From an uncultured Desulfovibrio sp. (GTDB lineage: Bacteria > Desulfobacterota > Desulfovibrionia > Desulfovibrionales > Desulfovibrionaceae), in NCBI GenBank assembly GCA_913063155.1, contig CAJXYU010000009.1, forward strand, positions 75,760 to 139,759: a stretch of 64,000 bases of DNA. Reading direction: 5' to 3'. Made by a program: the position numbers and the translations under genes. This document shows positions 27,851 through 37,819 of the stretch, one piece after another (position 1 is the stretch's first letter; the number at the start of each line of letters is the position of its first letter). The notes below the pieces were generated by a model that had not been told where the DNA came from, searched no databases, and worked only from the letters and a program-made list of their open reading frames with translations.

Positions 27851-28600
27851 ATGGATATTGCGACTCTACTCGGTTTGGTTGTAGGTCTTTCGCTCGTTGT
27901 CGGCGCCATCATCCTGGGCGGCGCTGTTGATATTTTCGTCAATATCCCCGGCATGATGATTGTCATAGGCGGAACACTCGCCGCAATCATGGTCGCTTTT
28001 CCATTTGAAGAGGTCATACAGGCCTTTGTCGCTGCTTTCAAGATGTTCCAGCAGCGAAAGACCAAGGCCCGCGACGTGGTCAACATCATGGTCAAGGTTG
28101 CGGAGATCAGCCGCCGTGAAGGCCTGCTCGCCCTTGAAAATGTGCAGACCGAAAATCTGGTGCTCAAGAAATCCTGCCAGCTTATCGCTGACAACGCGGA
28201 TTCGCTACTCATTCATGCCACGCTGGCCATCGAAATCAACGGCTTGCGGAGGCGGCATCAGGTTGCGCAGGATGTCTTCAAGCGGCTTGCCGCCTTGGCC
28301 CCGGCCTTTGGGATGATGGGGACGCTTATCGGTCTGGTGCAGATGCTTTCGCGTCTCAACGACCCCAAGGCCATCGGTCCGGCCATGGCCGTGGCGCTTT
28401 TGACCACTTTCTACGGCTCGGCCATGTCCACATTGATTTTCATTCCCATCGCGGCCAAGCTCCGCGCCCGCACCTTGCAGGAACAACTCAACCTGGAAAT
28501 CATTTTCGAAGGCGCGAAGTCCATCCTGGAAAACAACAACCCGCGCCTCGTGTACGAGAAGCTTTCGTCCTTCCTGGCACCTTCGGAGCGGGGAGAGTAG
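27851..28600 (+). CDS. motA: Flagellar stator protein, MotA/PomA family
   Basis: 249 aa with 4 TM spans. C-terminal channel region APAFGMMGTLIGLV...ALLTTFYG. Confidence 0.85.
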   Translation: MDIATLLGLVVGLSLVVGAIILGGAVDIFVNIPGMMIVIGGTLAAIMVAFPFEEVIQAFVAAFKMFQQRKTKARDVVNIMVKVAEISRREGLLALENVQTENLVLKKSCQLIADNADSLLIHATLAIEINGLRRRHQVAQDVFKRLAALAPAFGMMGTLIGLVQMLSRLNDPKAIGPAMAVALLTTFYGSAMSTLIFIPIAAKLRARTLQEQLNLEIIFEGAKSILENNNPRLVYEKLSSFLAPSERGE

Positions 28601-28603
28601 GCC

Positions 28604-29341
28604 ATGTCCGACGACCGTATGATAAAACCCCCGCAGGATGAGGAAGGCGAAGGGCAGGAGTGGCTGACCACTTTTGCCGACCTCTCCATGCTCCTGTTGG
28701 TCTTCTTCGTGCTTCTCTACTCCATGTCCACCATCGACACGGAAAAGTTCTCCAAGACGTTTTCTTCGGTGACCCAGGCCATCAGTGGGAAGCTCAGGGA
28801 AATCTCCACCAGTCGTATTTCCCGCGAAGAGGCCGGAGTGCTCATCGACCAGGCTCTCATGCACCGCCAGATTGTGGAATCCCAGCGCAAGGTTTTTGCC
28901 GAAGTCAAGACGCTGCAGACCAAGAAGGGCGTGGAGGGGCTGGTGAGCGCCCATTTCGAGGACGGAGTCATTACCCTGCGCGTGCCGGGCGACGTCTTGT
29001 TTCGGTCCGGGCAGGTGGCATTGACCGACAAGGGAAAACAGGTCATTCTCACTCTGCGGAATTTCTTCATCAAGCATCCCGACCAGCAGATCAAGGTGCT
29101 TGGGTATACGGACGACACCAAGCCGTCCGGACGTGGCCGATTCAAGGACAACTGGGAGATTTCGGCCATGCGCGCCGTAAACGTCCTGCGAGAGTTGCTC
29201 CGGATGGGTATCAAGGCCACGCGGTTGACCGCCACGGGCTTGGCCGACATGAATCCGATCTACCCCAATACTTCGCCCGCATCACGTGCAAAGAACCGTC
29301 GGGTCGAATTCATTCTTGAAAAAAGGGTGGGCGGACGGTAG
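28604..29341 (+). CDS. motB: Flagellar stator protein, MotB/PomB family (OmpA-like C-terminus)
   Basis: 245 aa. A single TM span with the conserved Asp (WLTTFADLSMLLLVFF). OmpA-like region GYTDD...NWEISAMRA...NRRVEF. Confidence 0.85.
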   Translation: MSDDRMIKPPQDEEGEGQEWLTTFADLSMLLLVFFVLLYSMSTIDTEKFSKTFSSVTQAISGKLREISTSRISREEAGVLIDQALMHRQIVESQRKVFAEVKTLQTKKGVEGLVSAHFEDGVITLRVPGDVLFRSGQVALTDKGKQVILTLRNFFIKHPDQQIKVLGYTDDTKPSGRGRFKDNWEISAMRAVNVLRELLRMGIKATRLTATGLADMNPIYPNTSPASRAKNRRVEFILEKRVGGR

Positions 29342-29409
29342 AGAATTCCTGCCTGGGGGGAGCCTTGGGTTGAATAATGAATCAACCATGTTTTGTTCAG
29401 GGGATACCA

Positions 29410-29796
29410 ATGGATTTTGAAATCAATTTGCCCAACGACGATGCCCGCCAACGGCAGGCGTTCCGAACCAAAGTGCCGGGCTTCAATGCTCGCTTCGAAG
29501 GGGTCGAGGGCGATTTTCCGGTCAAGGACCTGAGCGCCACCGGGTTTGCGATCATTGATGCTTCCAATGCTGTTTCCGAAGGCGTCGACCTTGTGGCGAC
29601 ACTTTTACTCAAGGAAAAGGTTTTTTTGGGCAAGGTGCCGGTCAGGGTCATGCGTGTCATGGGAGATGGCCTGGTTGGATTGAACTTCGAGAACATTGAT
29701 CGCAGGCAACAGATCAAACTCGATAAACTGGTCCTGGAAGTGCAAAAGCGCCTTATCGCGCTCAAGAAGGCGAAACGCGTCGAACAGGACGACTAA
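29410..29796 (+). CDS. PilZ-domain protein (putative c-di-GMP receptor)
   Basis: RQRQAFR (RxxxR) and DLSATGF (D/NxSxxG) motifs. Start chosen at MDFEIN (AGGGGA 6 nt upstream). The ATG at 29377 is also possible. Confidence 0.7.
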   Translation: MDFEINLPNDDARQRQAFRTKVPGFNARFEGVEGDFPVKDLSATGFAIIDASNAVSEGVDLVATLLLKEKVFLGKVPVRVMRVMGDGLVGLNFENIDRRQQIKLDKLVLEVQKRLIALKKAKRVEQDD

Positions 29797-29805
29797 GGTC
29801 CAGCA

Positions 29806-31224
29806 GTGAGTGCAAAGCATAGGGTCCTTATTGCCAACCGAGGCGAAATAGCCATGCGGATCATGAAGGCGTGCGCCCAGCTCGGCCATGACTTCATCTG
29901 CCTTTGCACGGATGTGGACAGGGAATGCGGACATGTGGACATGGCCCGTGAACTGGGCGGGGATTCCTGTGTCTACACCATCAGCAACTATCTGGACGCC
30001 AACGAAATATTTTCTGTTGCCGACCATGCGCAGGCCACAGCCATTCATCCAGGGTATGGTTTTTTCGCCGAGGATTTCCGTTTTGCCCGGCGTACCATGT
30101 CCCGCGACCGTTCCATGATTTTCATCGGCCCCTCCTGGTGGGTCATTCGCGAGCTGGGCGACAAAATCAACACCAAGCGCATAGCCCGTAGCTTGGGCGT
30201 GCCGACCATTCCCGGTTCGGACCGTCCGGTCTATAATGAACTGGAGGCCGAGAACATCGCCCGCAACCTGTTTGATTTCCAGGCGGCGCAGGGGATCCGA
30301 GACGGCATGGTTCTGGTCAAGGCCTCCGCGGGCGGCGGCGGCATGGGTATTGAAGAGGTGCAGGACCTGGATCAATTCCGTTCCGTGTTCCGGCGCATTC
30401 GTAACTACGCCAAGCGAAATTTCAATGACGAGGGTGTGCTCATTGAGCAGCGCATCTTCGACTTCAATCACCTGGAGGTGCAGGTTGTTTCCGAGCGCGG
30501 CGGCCGGAAGCACGTTCATTTCGGCACCCGCAATTGCTCGGTGCAGAGCACGGGCAAGCAAAAACGCATCGAGGTGGCCCCGGGGTTTGCCCCTGGTGAT
30601 CTTCCATACGCGTTTGACGCCGCCAAGGTGCTTGAAGACATCACCCATCATTCCCTGACCATGGCCCGGGAGGTGGGGTACGACAATGTAGGCACCTGGG
30701 AATGGATCGTTACGCCCAAGGGTGAGCCGTTCCTCATGGAGGTCAATACCCGTATCCAGGTGGAAAACGGGGTTTCGGCCGTTATTTCACGTGTGGGCGG
30801 CGAGTTCGGGGTGAACATCATCAAGGAGCAGGTCCGCCTCGGCCTGGGCGGTGAGCTTTCCTACGATCAGGAAGATATTTCCTTTGACGGCGTGGGCATC
30901 GAGTACCGCATCATCGCTGAAAATCCGGACGATCGCTTTTCTCCCTGCTCGGGCGCCATCACCCGTTTCGGCTGGCAGGAGGAGGATTGGCTGGAATTGT
31001 CCACCCAGATTCCCCGGAACAGGGTCTATGAAATTCCCATGGAGTATGACCCGAACTTGGCGTTGGCCATTGTTTGGGGCGAAAGCCTGGAACAGGCCAA
31101 GGAACGGGGTATCCGGTTTCTTGATTCGGTGGTATTGGAAGGGGAGTCCGGGGGGAGCGCCGCCGAGTTCCGTACCAATATCGCTTACCTCAGAGACCGC
31201 ACCGCCAACCTTTTGGAATTTTAG
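29806..31224 (+). CDS. accC: Biotin carboxylase (AccC-like, divergent)
   Basis: 472 aa with a GTG start (VLIANRGEIAMRI, IHPGYGFFAED). The ATP-grasp glycine loop reads KASAGGGGMGIEEV rather than GGGGRGMR. Confidence 0.85.
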   Translation: MSAKHRVLIANRGEIAMRIMKACAQLGHDFICLCTDVDRECGHVDMARELGGDSCVYTISNYLDANEIFSVADHAQATAIHPGYGFFAEDFRFARRTMSRDRSMIFIGPSWWVIRELGDKINTKRIARSLGVPTIPGSDRPVYNELEAENIARNLFDFQAAQGIRDGMVLVKASAGGGGMGIEEVQDLDQFRSVFRRIRNYAKRNFNDEGVLIEQRIFDFNHLEVQVVSERGGRKHVHFGTRNCSVQSTGKQKRIEVAPGFAPGDLPYAFDAAKVLEDITHHSLTMAREVGYDNVGTWEWIVTPKGEPFLMEVNTRIQVENGVSAVISRVGGEFGVNIIKEQVRLGLGGELSYDQEDISFDGVGIEYRIIAENPDDRFSPCSGAITRFGWQEEDWLELSTQIPRNRVYEIPMEYDPNLALAIVWGESLEQAKERGIRFLDSVVLEGESGGSAAEFRTNIAYLRDRTANLLEF

Positions 31225-31229
31225 CCGCC

Positions 31230-33509
31230 ATGGATAGCGACAAGAGAGTACAGGTTCTCAAGGACCGGTTGACCTACATCGAAGATATTTTTGGCGCCAA
31301 GCGGGTGGAAACCGTGGAGCTGCTCGGGGCCAAGTTCGGGGAGTTCCTGGACCGTCTCCCGGTCATGGATCACAGTGTTCGCGTTCGGGAATTCAAGCAG
31401 ATCGAGGACCTGTTCGCCTTTGTCGAGCGCAAACTCGAAACCGAATTGACTCCCATGGATCGGGTCCGCATCGTTCGGCACCCGCAGCGCATCTGTCTTA
31501 AGGACATCCTTGAGAACGTCTACGATAATTACACCGAAATCGGCGGGCGCGGCGAATTCAACATCGACCCCAGCATGCTTATCGCCCGGGCCAATATCAC
31601 CCGGCGCGTGGGCAAGAAGGTGATCAACCAGCCGGTCATGGTGATCGGACAGGAAAAGGGACACGGCGAGGGGTTCCGCAATGGAGGTTCGGCCAAGCCC
31701 TGGGGCAATGCCAAGGCCCTGCACTACATGAAGGTCGCCGAAACCGAGAATATTCCCATCCATACCTATGTTTCCACGCCGGGCTCATTTCCCATTGAGG
31801 ACTATCCCGGTGCAGCCCAGCAGATCGCGCGCAACCTTTACGAAATGGCTACACTGCGGGTCCCCATCATAGCCGTGTTTTCGGAAGGGGGGTCCGGCGG
31901 CGCCGAGGCCGTGGGGCTGGCGGATCGCAGGCTCATGTTTTCCCACGGGTATTATTCGGTCATTTCGCCGGAAGGGGCCGCCGCCATCGAGGGACGCTTA
32001 CGCACCGGACAACGCGCCACTCCCGAACTGGTGGAGAAGTGCGCAGCCCAACTCGGCATCACTGCCGAGGACAATTTGAGAAACGGCTACATCGACCGTA
32101 TCATTCAGGAACCTTCGCTGGGCGCGCGGCCCGAACATTACGACTTTTACAAGGACCTGCGCCGCGAAGTGGTTCAGGCCACCAACGAGGTGGTCTCAAG
32201 CGTCAAGTCCATGAAACTTTTTCGGGCCATGGCGCTCAAGAATCGCAGACGACGGAAGGGCTCGCTTGATCCGGAAAGCATATACGTGCGCTGGCACTTG
32301 AGTAACAAGGCGCGGGGACGGTTGCTTGAAAAGCGCTTTCAGCACTTCCGGGAAATGTCCCATCACGCCTACGAGGACGGCAGGTCCTTTTGGGACCGGG
32401 TGAAGAGCGGTATGGAACCCCTCGGCTGGACCATCCATTCCTGGTTCAGCTACGGCTTGTTGCGGCGCCCCAGAAAGCATATGGAAGATTTCATGGAGGA
32501 GATGCGCGCCGAGGCGCATCTGGTGCGTGAGAAGGTGGTTCGTCCAGTCAGGGGCACCTTGCAGCGCATGAAGGTGGTCAGGAAGAAGCCTTCCAGCAGA
32601 ATTCAGGAAAGGGCTCGGGAGGAGTTGACCCGTTTGTCCTGCCCAGAGGAAGGGGCCTGCATCATCGACGATTCCTGGCTGTGGATGAGTCCTCGTTCAC
32701 AGGAGGACAAGGCGGTTTCCTGTCCCAATGCCCGCACCCACGGTTGCCAGGATCTTTGGGCGCCGGACCTTTTTGCCGAGTTCGCCGGGGTCTGCACCAC
32801 TTGCGGCCATCATTTTCCCATGGAGTACGAATGGTACTTCTATAATATTTTCAACTATGTCGAAGCTACGGAGTTCAATGCGGACATCGAGTCCCGCAAC
32901 CCGCTGGGCTACGAAGGTTTCGAACTCAAGTTGGACCAGGCCAAGAAGCGGACCGGCCGCAAAAGTTCCTGCGTGACTTTCGAAACCACTATCGACGACA
33001 TCAAAGTGGTGGTGGCAAGCCTCATCGCCCCTTTCAGGGGCGGCACCGTAGGCGCGGCCGAAGGGGAAAAATTCATTCTGGCCGCAGAACGGGCGCGCAA
33101 GAAGCATTATCCGTTCATCGCCTATGTGCACGGCACGGCCGGAATCCGTATCCAGGAGGGTGTCAACGGCGTCATTCAGATGCCGCGCTGCACCTTGGCC
33201 GTGCGTCGGTATATCGATGCCGGAGGACTGTATCTGGTGCTTTACGACACCAATTCCTACGCCGGTCCCGTGGCCAGTTTTCTCGGGTGCTCGCCGTATC
33301 AGTTCGCGGTGCGCTCCTCCAACATAGGTTTTGCCGGTCCGGGCGTTATCGCCGAGACCACCGGCATGGAAGTTCCGCCCAAATATCACAAGGCGGATCA
33401 AGCGCTTTCGCGCGGTCACATTCAGGGCATCTGGGACCGAGGTGAGATCAGGAAAAACCTGTATCAGGCGCTCTTGACCATGGGCGGTCGGAACCTCTAT
33501 TATCGCTAG
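31230..33509 (+). CDS. Carboxyltransferase with AccA-like (N-terminal) and AccD-like (C-terminal) halves fused
   Basis: 759 aa. The AccA-like half has RHPQR...VMVIGQEKG...EGGSGGAEA...YSVISPEG. The AccD-like half has a Cys-rich region (CPNARTHGC...CTTCGHHFPM) and FRGGTVGAAEGEK...GFAGPGVI. Confidence 0.85.
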   Translation: MDSDKRVQVLKDRLTYIEDIFGAKRVETVELLGAKFGEFLDRLPVMDHSVRVREFKQIEDLFAFVERKLETELTPMDRVRIVRHPQRICLKDILENVYDNYTEIGGRGEFNIDPSMLIARANITRRVGKKVINQPVMVIGQEKGHGEGFRNGGSAKPWGNAKALHYMKVAETENIPIHTYVSTPGSFPIEDYPGAAQQIARNLYEMATLRVPIIAVFSEGGSGGAEAVGLADRRLMFSHGYYSVISPEGAAAIEGRLRTGQRATPELVEKCAAQLGITAEDNLRNGYIDRIIQEPSLGARPEHYDFYKDLRREVVQATNEVVSSVKSMKLFRAMALKNRRRRKGSLDPESIYVRWHLSNKARGRLLEKRFQHFREMSHHAYEDGRSFWDRVKSGMEPLGWTIHSWFSYGLLRRPRKHMEDFMEEMRAEAHLVREKVVRPVRGTLQRMKVVRKKPSSRIQERAREELTRLSCPEEGACIIDDSWLWMSPRSQEDKAVSCPNARTHGCQDLWAPDLFAEFAGVCTTCGHHFPMEYEWYFYNIFNYVEATEFNADIESRNPLGYEGFELKLDQAKKRTGRKSSCVTFETTIDDIKVVVASLIAPFRGGTVGAAEGEKFILAAERARKKHYPFIAYVHGTAGIRIQEGVNGVIQMPRCTLAVRRYIDAGGLYLVLYDTNSYAGPVASFLGCSPYQFAVRSSNIGFAGPGVIAETTGMEVPPKYHKADQALSRGHIQGIWDRGEIRKNLYQALLTMGGRNLYYR

Positions 33510-33552
33510 TTGCCTCAAGGCGCTTCTTTCAAAAAACATCAGGGGAATAGAA

Positions 33553-34200
33553 TTGCTGAATATCAAGGAATTGCTTGAAGATATAAAAGCCAACCCGTAC
33601 AAGGAAATCGTCATCAAGTCGCCGCACACCGGTGCCGTGGAATTCGCGGACATCAAGCCCGGCGACAAGGTTCGGGGGCGTTCCGGCAGCTATAGCGAAA
33701 AGCCGGGCACTTTGTTGGCCAATCTGACCAGAGAAAAGAACAGGAAGCCCATCAACGCCCCGGAAAAGGGCGAGGTGGTCAATATCCGTACCGAGCTGGA
33801 AGGGAAGTTCGTGGAGGCCGGTGAGGAACTGCTCACCATCCGTCACTTCCTGACCCGCAAGGAAGTCATCGAACTTATTCTCAAGAAAGCCCTGCATCTT
33901 TTCCGAGCACCCGAACGCGCCAAGTACTACTTCATCCCTGAAGTGGATCAGAAGCTCAAGGTTTCTGGCAAGCGTTCGGTAAAGGTCCAGGACGGCATGG
34001 AGATGCTTATCGTCTCCCGCATGAAGCGTGAAACCCCGCTTGCCTACAGCGGCCCCGAGGGCATCATCTACTCGGTCTACTTCACCCGCGGCGACAACGT
34101 GGATGCCGGCGAGCCGTTGCTGGGCATCTGCCCCGAGGACCAACTGACCACCATTCAGGACGTGGTCGCCAAGGTCCAGAGCGAGTGGGACGAGGAATAG
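33553..34200 (+). CDS. Protein with two tandem biotinyl/lipoyl-like domains (candidate carrier protein)
   Basis: 215 aa with a TTG start (AGGGGA upstream). Domain 1 reads GTLLANLTREKNRKPINAPEKGEVV, domain 2 reads GMEMLIVSRMKRETPLAYSGPEGII. Both align in register with G-x-x-L-x-x-x-E-A-M-K-M...G-x-V. Confidence 0.55.
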   Translation: MLNIKELLEDIKANPYKEIVIKSPHTGAVEFADIKPGDKVRGRSGSYSEKPGTLLANLTREKNRKPINAPEKGEVVNIRTELEGKFVEAGEELLTIRHFLTRKEVIELILKKALHLFRAPERAKYYFIPEVDQKLKVSGKRSVKVQDGMEMLIVSRMKRETPLAYSGPEGIIYSVYFTRGDNVDAGEPLLGICPEDQLTTIQDVVAKVQSEWDEE

Positions 34201-34206
34201 CTTTAC

Positions 34207-34551
34207 ATGGGCAGGATTCTCCAGATACGCGTTTCGGCGACGACCTTTGACGAAAAGGCCGTGGAGAAGGCCTGGCCCGTATTGAACAAATTGGTCTGGG
34301 AAAAAGGGGAGTTCATGAACCCCTCACGGGGAGTCATGGAGTTGGCCCATGCTGCGTTTACTGCTGTGGACGCCGGGTTGCTTCCCTCTCAACAGGCCGG
34401 AGCATTGGAAAAGGACGCGCGCCGTGCCGAGGAAATCCGGCGTTCACTCGAACAGGCGCTGGGTGATTGGGACGCCAAGACGGCGGACCGACTTGCCTAC
34501 GAATTGGAAGACGTCCTGGATGAATTGGAACAAACCGCAAAAGGATTGTGA
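34207..34551 (+). CDS. Hypothetical protein
   Basis: 114 aa, acidic and helical. Tightly packed between the carrier-like gene and ssb. No family recognised. Confidence 0.4.
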   Translation: MGRILQIRVSATTFDEKAVEKAWPVLNKLVWEKGEFMNPSRGVMELAHAAFTAVDAGLLPSQQAGALEKDARRAEEIRRSLEQALGDWDAKTADRLAYELEDVLDELEQTAKGL

Positions 34552-34593
34552 TCGCTTCGGGCGATCGTGAGTCCACGCAGGAGGAGAGATATT

Positions 34594-35145
34594 ATGGCAG
34601 GCAGCCTGAACAAGGTTATTCTGATCGGCAGAATCGGGCAGGACCCGAAAGTTTCCTATACCTCGTCCGGACAGGCCGTGGCCAACTTCAGCGTGGCGAC
34701 CGACGAAGGTTATCGCGACAAGAACACGGGGCAGCGCGTGGAGCGTACTGAATGGCACCGTGTGGTGGCCTGGCGTCAGGCTGCGGAGTTTGTGGCCAAC
34801 TATCTCGGCAAGGGCCGTCTGGTCATGGTCGAGGGAAAGCTGCAGACCCGCAAGTGGCAGGACCAGAATGGTCAGGATCGCTATACCACCGAAATCGTGG
34901 CCGACCGAGTGCAGGGACTTGACCGCGCCCAGGAAGGCGCCGGCGCTCCGCAGCAGGGCGGTTACCAGCAGAACAACTACCAGCAGCAGGGAGGCGCTCA
35001 GGGCGGTTATCAGTCCCAGCCCCAGGGCGGCTACAACCAGGGCGCACCGCAGCAACAGCAGGGTGGCGCTCCTCAGTCTCAGGATGAAGACCTCGGTCCG
35101 GCGTTCCCGTCCGAAGCTTCCGGCATGGACGACGTACCGTTCTAG
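34594..35145 (+). CDS. ssb: Single-stranded DNA-binding protein
   Basis: Start at [20 protein letters not shown] fold, a Gly/Gln-rich linker, and an acidic tail ending DDVPF. Confidence 0.95.
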   Translation: MAGSLNKVILIGRIGQDPKVSYTSSGQAVANFSVATDEGYRDKNTGQRVERTEWHRVVAWRQAAEFVANYLGKGRLVMVEGKLQTRKWQDQNGQDRYTTEIVADRVQGLDRAQEGAGAPQQGGYQQNNYQQQGGAQGGYQSQPQGGYNQGAPQQQQGGAPQSQDEDLGPAFPSEASGMDDVPF

Positions 35146-35242
35146 CCAGGCAGTAGAAAAAGGCCCGTCTGCTTTGTTCCACCTAAAAAGATCATGGCAG
35201 AACCTTTTTGAACAGCCTGAGGCGTATGGCTGACCAGAAAAT

Positions 35243-35273
35243 AAAAAAAGCGGACCCCGGTCCGCTTTTTTTT
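35243..35273. terminator. Bidirectional rho-independent terminator (ssb / S9 peptidase)
   Basis: A7 - gcggacc/ggtccgc hairpin - T8. Confidence 0.75.
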
Positions 35274-35278
35274 GTGTC

Positions 35279-37723
35279 CTAGTCTTCTTTTTCCGGGGCG
35301 TAAGCCTCGGCCTCTCCCTTGAGATGAATGTCGAGCCAGCGCTTCATTTCCCAGATCATGTGCATGATTGACTCCCGGCCATAGTAGGAATGGCCTTCAT
35401 GGGGGAGCATGACCAGCCGGGCGGTTTTTCCCAGTCCCACCAGCGCCTGGTAGAACCGTTCGGACTGCTCGGGGAAGGTCCCGGCGTTTTGGTCGTGTTC
35501 GCCGTGGATGAGCAGCACCGGATTCTTCATACCCGAGACGTAAAAGAACGGGGACATCTTTTTGTACAGTTCCGGTTCGGTCCAGAAGGAGCGGTGTTCT
35601 CCCTGGAACCCGAAGGGAGTGAGGGAACGGTTGTAGGCCCCGCTTCTGGCGATTCCTGCGGCGAACAAGCGTGTGTGGGCCAGCAGGTTTGCCGTGGAAA
35701 ATGCGCCGTAGGAGTGTCCGCCCACAGCGATTTTGTCTGGTGAGGCCACCCCGATGCGCACCAATTCGTCCACAGCCGCCTGGGCGTCCAGCTGCAACTG
35801 GTCCAGGAACGTGTCGTTGGGAAGGGAATCCTCGGACCCTATGATGGGCATGGTCGGGCTATCCAGCAAAGCGTATCCCATGAGGGGCCAGAACATTCTG
35901 GAGGTGCGCCCCAGACGCATGAAGGAGTTCGATTCCCTGATGGCTTTTTCCGCTGCATCCCGGTTTGCATATTCTCGGGGATAGATCCAGACGAGTACGG
36001 GAATGGTCCCGTTGTCGACTGCATAGCCTGGAGGGAGGTACAGGTCGCCAGCAAGCCTGACGCCGTCTTGCCTCTGATACTCCAAGTGCTCCTTGCGCAC
36101 GTTCAGCAGTTCGGGCGCCGGGGGGGCGAAGGTCGTAACGGGCCTGACTTCGGTGTTGTCCTTGTTGCGGATGAAATAATTCGGCGGTGCGGTGAAGGAT
36201 TGGCTGAGAATCAGCCAGGTGTCGTCCTTCTTGTCCATGGGCTGGATGGGGGACTCCTCCGAATCCGGATTTCCTTGCCAAACCAGTTCCTTTACTCCCG
36301 TTTCCAGATTCAGGGAAAAGAGAATGTCCTTTTCCTCGGTCATGGAGGTTTCGCGTCCCACCAGGTAGATCTTCTTTTCGTCCGAGGACAGTCTGTACTG
36401 TTTGAATGGGCCGTCCTTTGCCAGGATCATGGGGTGCAACTGGCCCTCGTTGAATTGCGACCATCCGGTTGCATTGTCCTGCGGAGTGAGTTCTTCCCGG
36501 GCGGTAGTCACGATCCAGGCATTGGCGGAACCAGTGTCTGGGGCGGTCCCTGTGGCCACGATAAAATTTCCATTACCCCAGTACAGGGCCTTGAAACGGT
36601 CGGGCATCCTGAGCTTGGAAACAGGAGCCGCATCGAACGGTTTCTCCAGCGATAATATTTCATCTTTGATGAGGGCATCCTTTTCCCGGCCGCCCGCATC
36701 CCTGGATTCGACCCACCAGATCTCGGCGGATTCAGCCGGGTTCCAGGCACAATGGCGCGCGCCGTTGCGTACGCCCCAGCGGCCCGAGGGGATGGTTGAG
36801 GCCAGTTGCAAGTCATCCACCTGTCGCACTGTCTTACCCTCGTTGAGTTCGACGATCTCGACCCGGTACGGGAACCGGTTCACCGGGAAAGTGTAGGAGT
36901 ATGGCCGGTGAATGGTTTCTGTCAGGAGGTACTCTCCGTCGGGAGAGGAGCTGATTTTTTTGAACAGGCCCGGATTTCCGATCGGCCTGTGTTCGCCGTT
37001 CAGTCTGATGTCTGCAATCCGGGAAGTGGCCAGATATTCGAAGAGCAGGATGTCGTAACCGCTCTGCAGCAGGTGCTGGTAGGTTCGGGCCGGTGTGGCC
37101 GTTCCGGATGAGTCTCTGACGCGGGGGCCGAACTTGTGCTTCGACATTTCAGGCTGGGAGGTGCGTTCCTCGGGAACGGTCAGGGCCAGGATTGACTCGC
37201 CGTCGGGATTCCATACGTAGGGCGTTCCCAGAATGTCGTTGAGGCGGAGCTCGGACAGGCGTCGTGCTTCCAGAGACCGAAGGTCGGCAATCCAAAGTTC
37301 CAGTCCGGTTTCCGTGTAGACGGTCATGGCAATGTGTTTCCCGTCGGGAGCCCAGGATATGTGAGCCAGGCCGCTTCCTTCGGGGAGGTTCACAACCTGT
37401 CTTTTCTCTCCGTCCTCCAAGTCATAGACGTCCAGGGAACCGGCCAGATTCAATGGCCTTCGGGAGTTGCTTTTGGTGTCGATGAGGATGCCGGCCAGTC
37501 CCACGGTGGGATGGGTCAGTTCTTCCACCGAAAAGAGTGCGCCGTAGTTGATGAGCAGAAGATTTTCTCCGTCCGGACTGGGAACGCCTTTGGGCGGTGC
37601 AGGAACGTTCATTATCTTCCCGACAGGCTCGGGCACGGTCTGGTAGGATATCTCAGCAGCGCATGGAGCGGCGAGAAGAAGGGAAACTGTCGCAGTTAAG
37701 AGGGCGTATAATATGCTATTCAT
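35279..37723 (-). CDS. Secreted S9-family (prolyl oligopeptidase/DPP-type) serine peptidase with an N-terminal beta-propeller
   Basis: Start moved to MNSILYALLTATVSLLLAAPCAA (signal peptide). Catalytic region GGHSYGAF, IHGEHDQN, LPHEGH. Confidence 0.8.
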   Translation of the reverse strand: MNSILYALLTATVSLLLAAPCAAEISYQTVPEPVGKIMNVPAPPKGVPSPDGENLLLINYGALFSVEELTHPTVGLAGILIDTKSNSRRPLNLAGSLDVYDLEDGEKRQVVNLPEGSGLAHISWAPDGKHIAMTVYTETGLELWIADLRSLEARRLSELRLNDILGTPYVWNPDGESILALTVPEERTSQPEMSKHKFGPRVRDSSGTATPARTYQHLLQSGYDILLFEYLATSRIADIRLNGEHRPIGNPGLFKKISSSPDGEYLLTETIHRPYSYTFPVNRFPYRVEIVELNEGKTVRQVDDLQLASTIPSGRWGVRNGARHCAWNPAESAEIWWVESRDAGGREKDALIKDEILSLEKPFDAAPVSKLRMPDRFKALYWGNGNFIVATGTAPDTGSANAWIVTTAREELTPQDNATGWSQFNEGQLHPMILAKDGPFKQYRLSSDEKKIYLVGRETSMTEEKDILFSLNLETGVKELVWQGNPDSEESPIQPMDKKDDTWLILSQSFTAPPNYFIRNKDNTEVRPVTTFAPPAPELLNVRKEHLEYQRQDGVRLAGDLYLPPGYAVDNGTIPVLVWIYPREYANRDAAEKAIRESNSFMRLGRTSRMFWPLMGYALLDSPTMPIIGSEDSLPNDTFLDQLQLDAQAAVDELVRIGVASPDKIAVGGHSYGAFSTANLLAHTRLFAAGIARSGAYNRSLTPFGFQGEHRSFWTEPELYKKMSPFFYVSGMKNPVLLIHGEHDQNAGTFPEQSERFYQALVGLGKTARLVMLPHEGHSYYGRESIMHMIWEMKRWLDIHLKGEAEAYAPEKED

Positions 37724-37819
37724 GTCTTCGCGGTGTTGAGTCTTGTCTCTTGAATCCAGCGTGGACTCTTCCTGCCACCGGTTGGGAGTGGCTTGTTCGG
37801 CAAAAAAATCAAGAGTACG

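Noticed and set aside
27851-29341. The MotA/MotB pair as a possible Zorya-type (ZorAB) defence module.
   Set aside because: The MotA homologue is a normal ~250-aa four-span stator protein, not a long ZorA with a tail. There are no ZorC/D-like or nuclease genes nearby, and the adjacent PilZ gene fits motility control.
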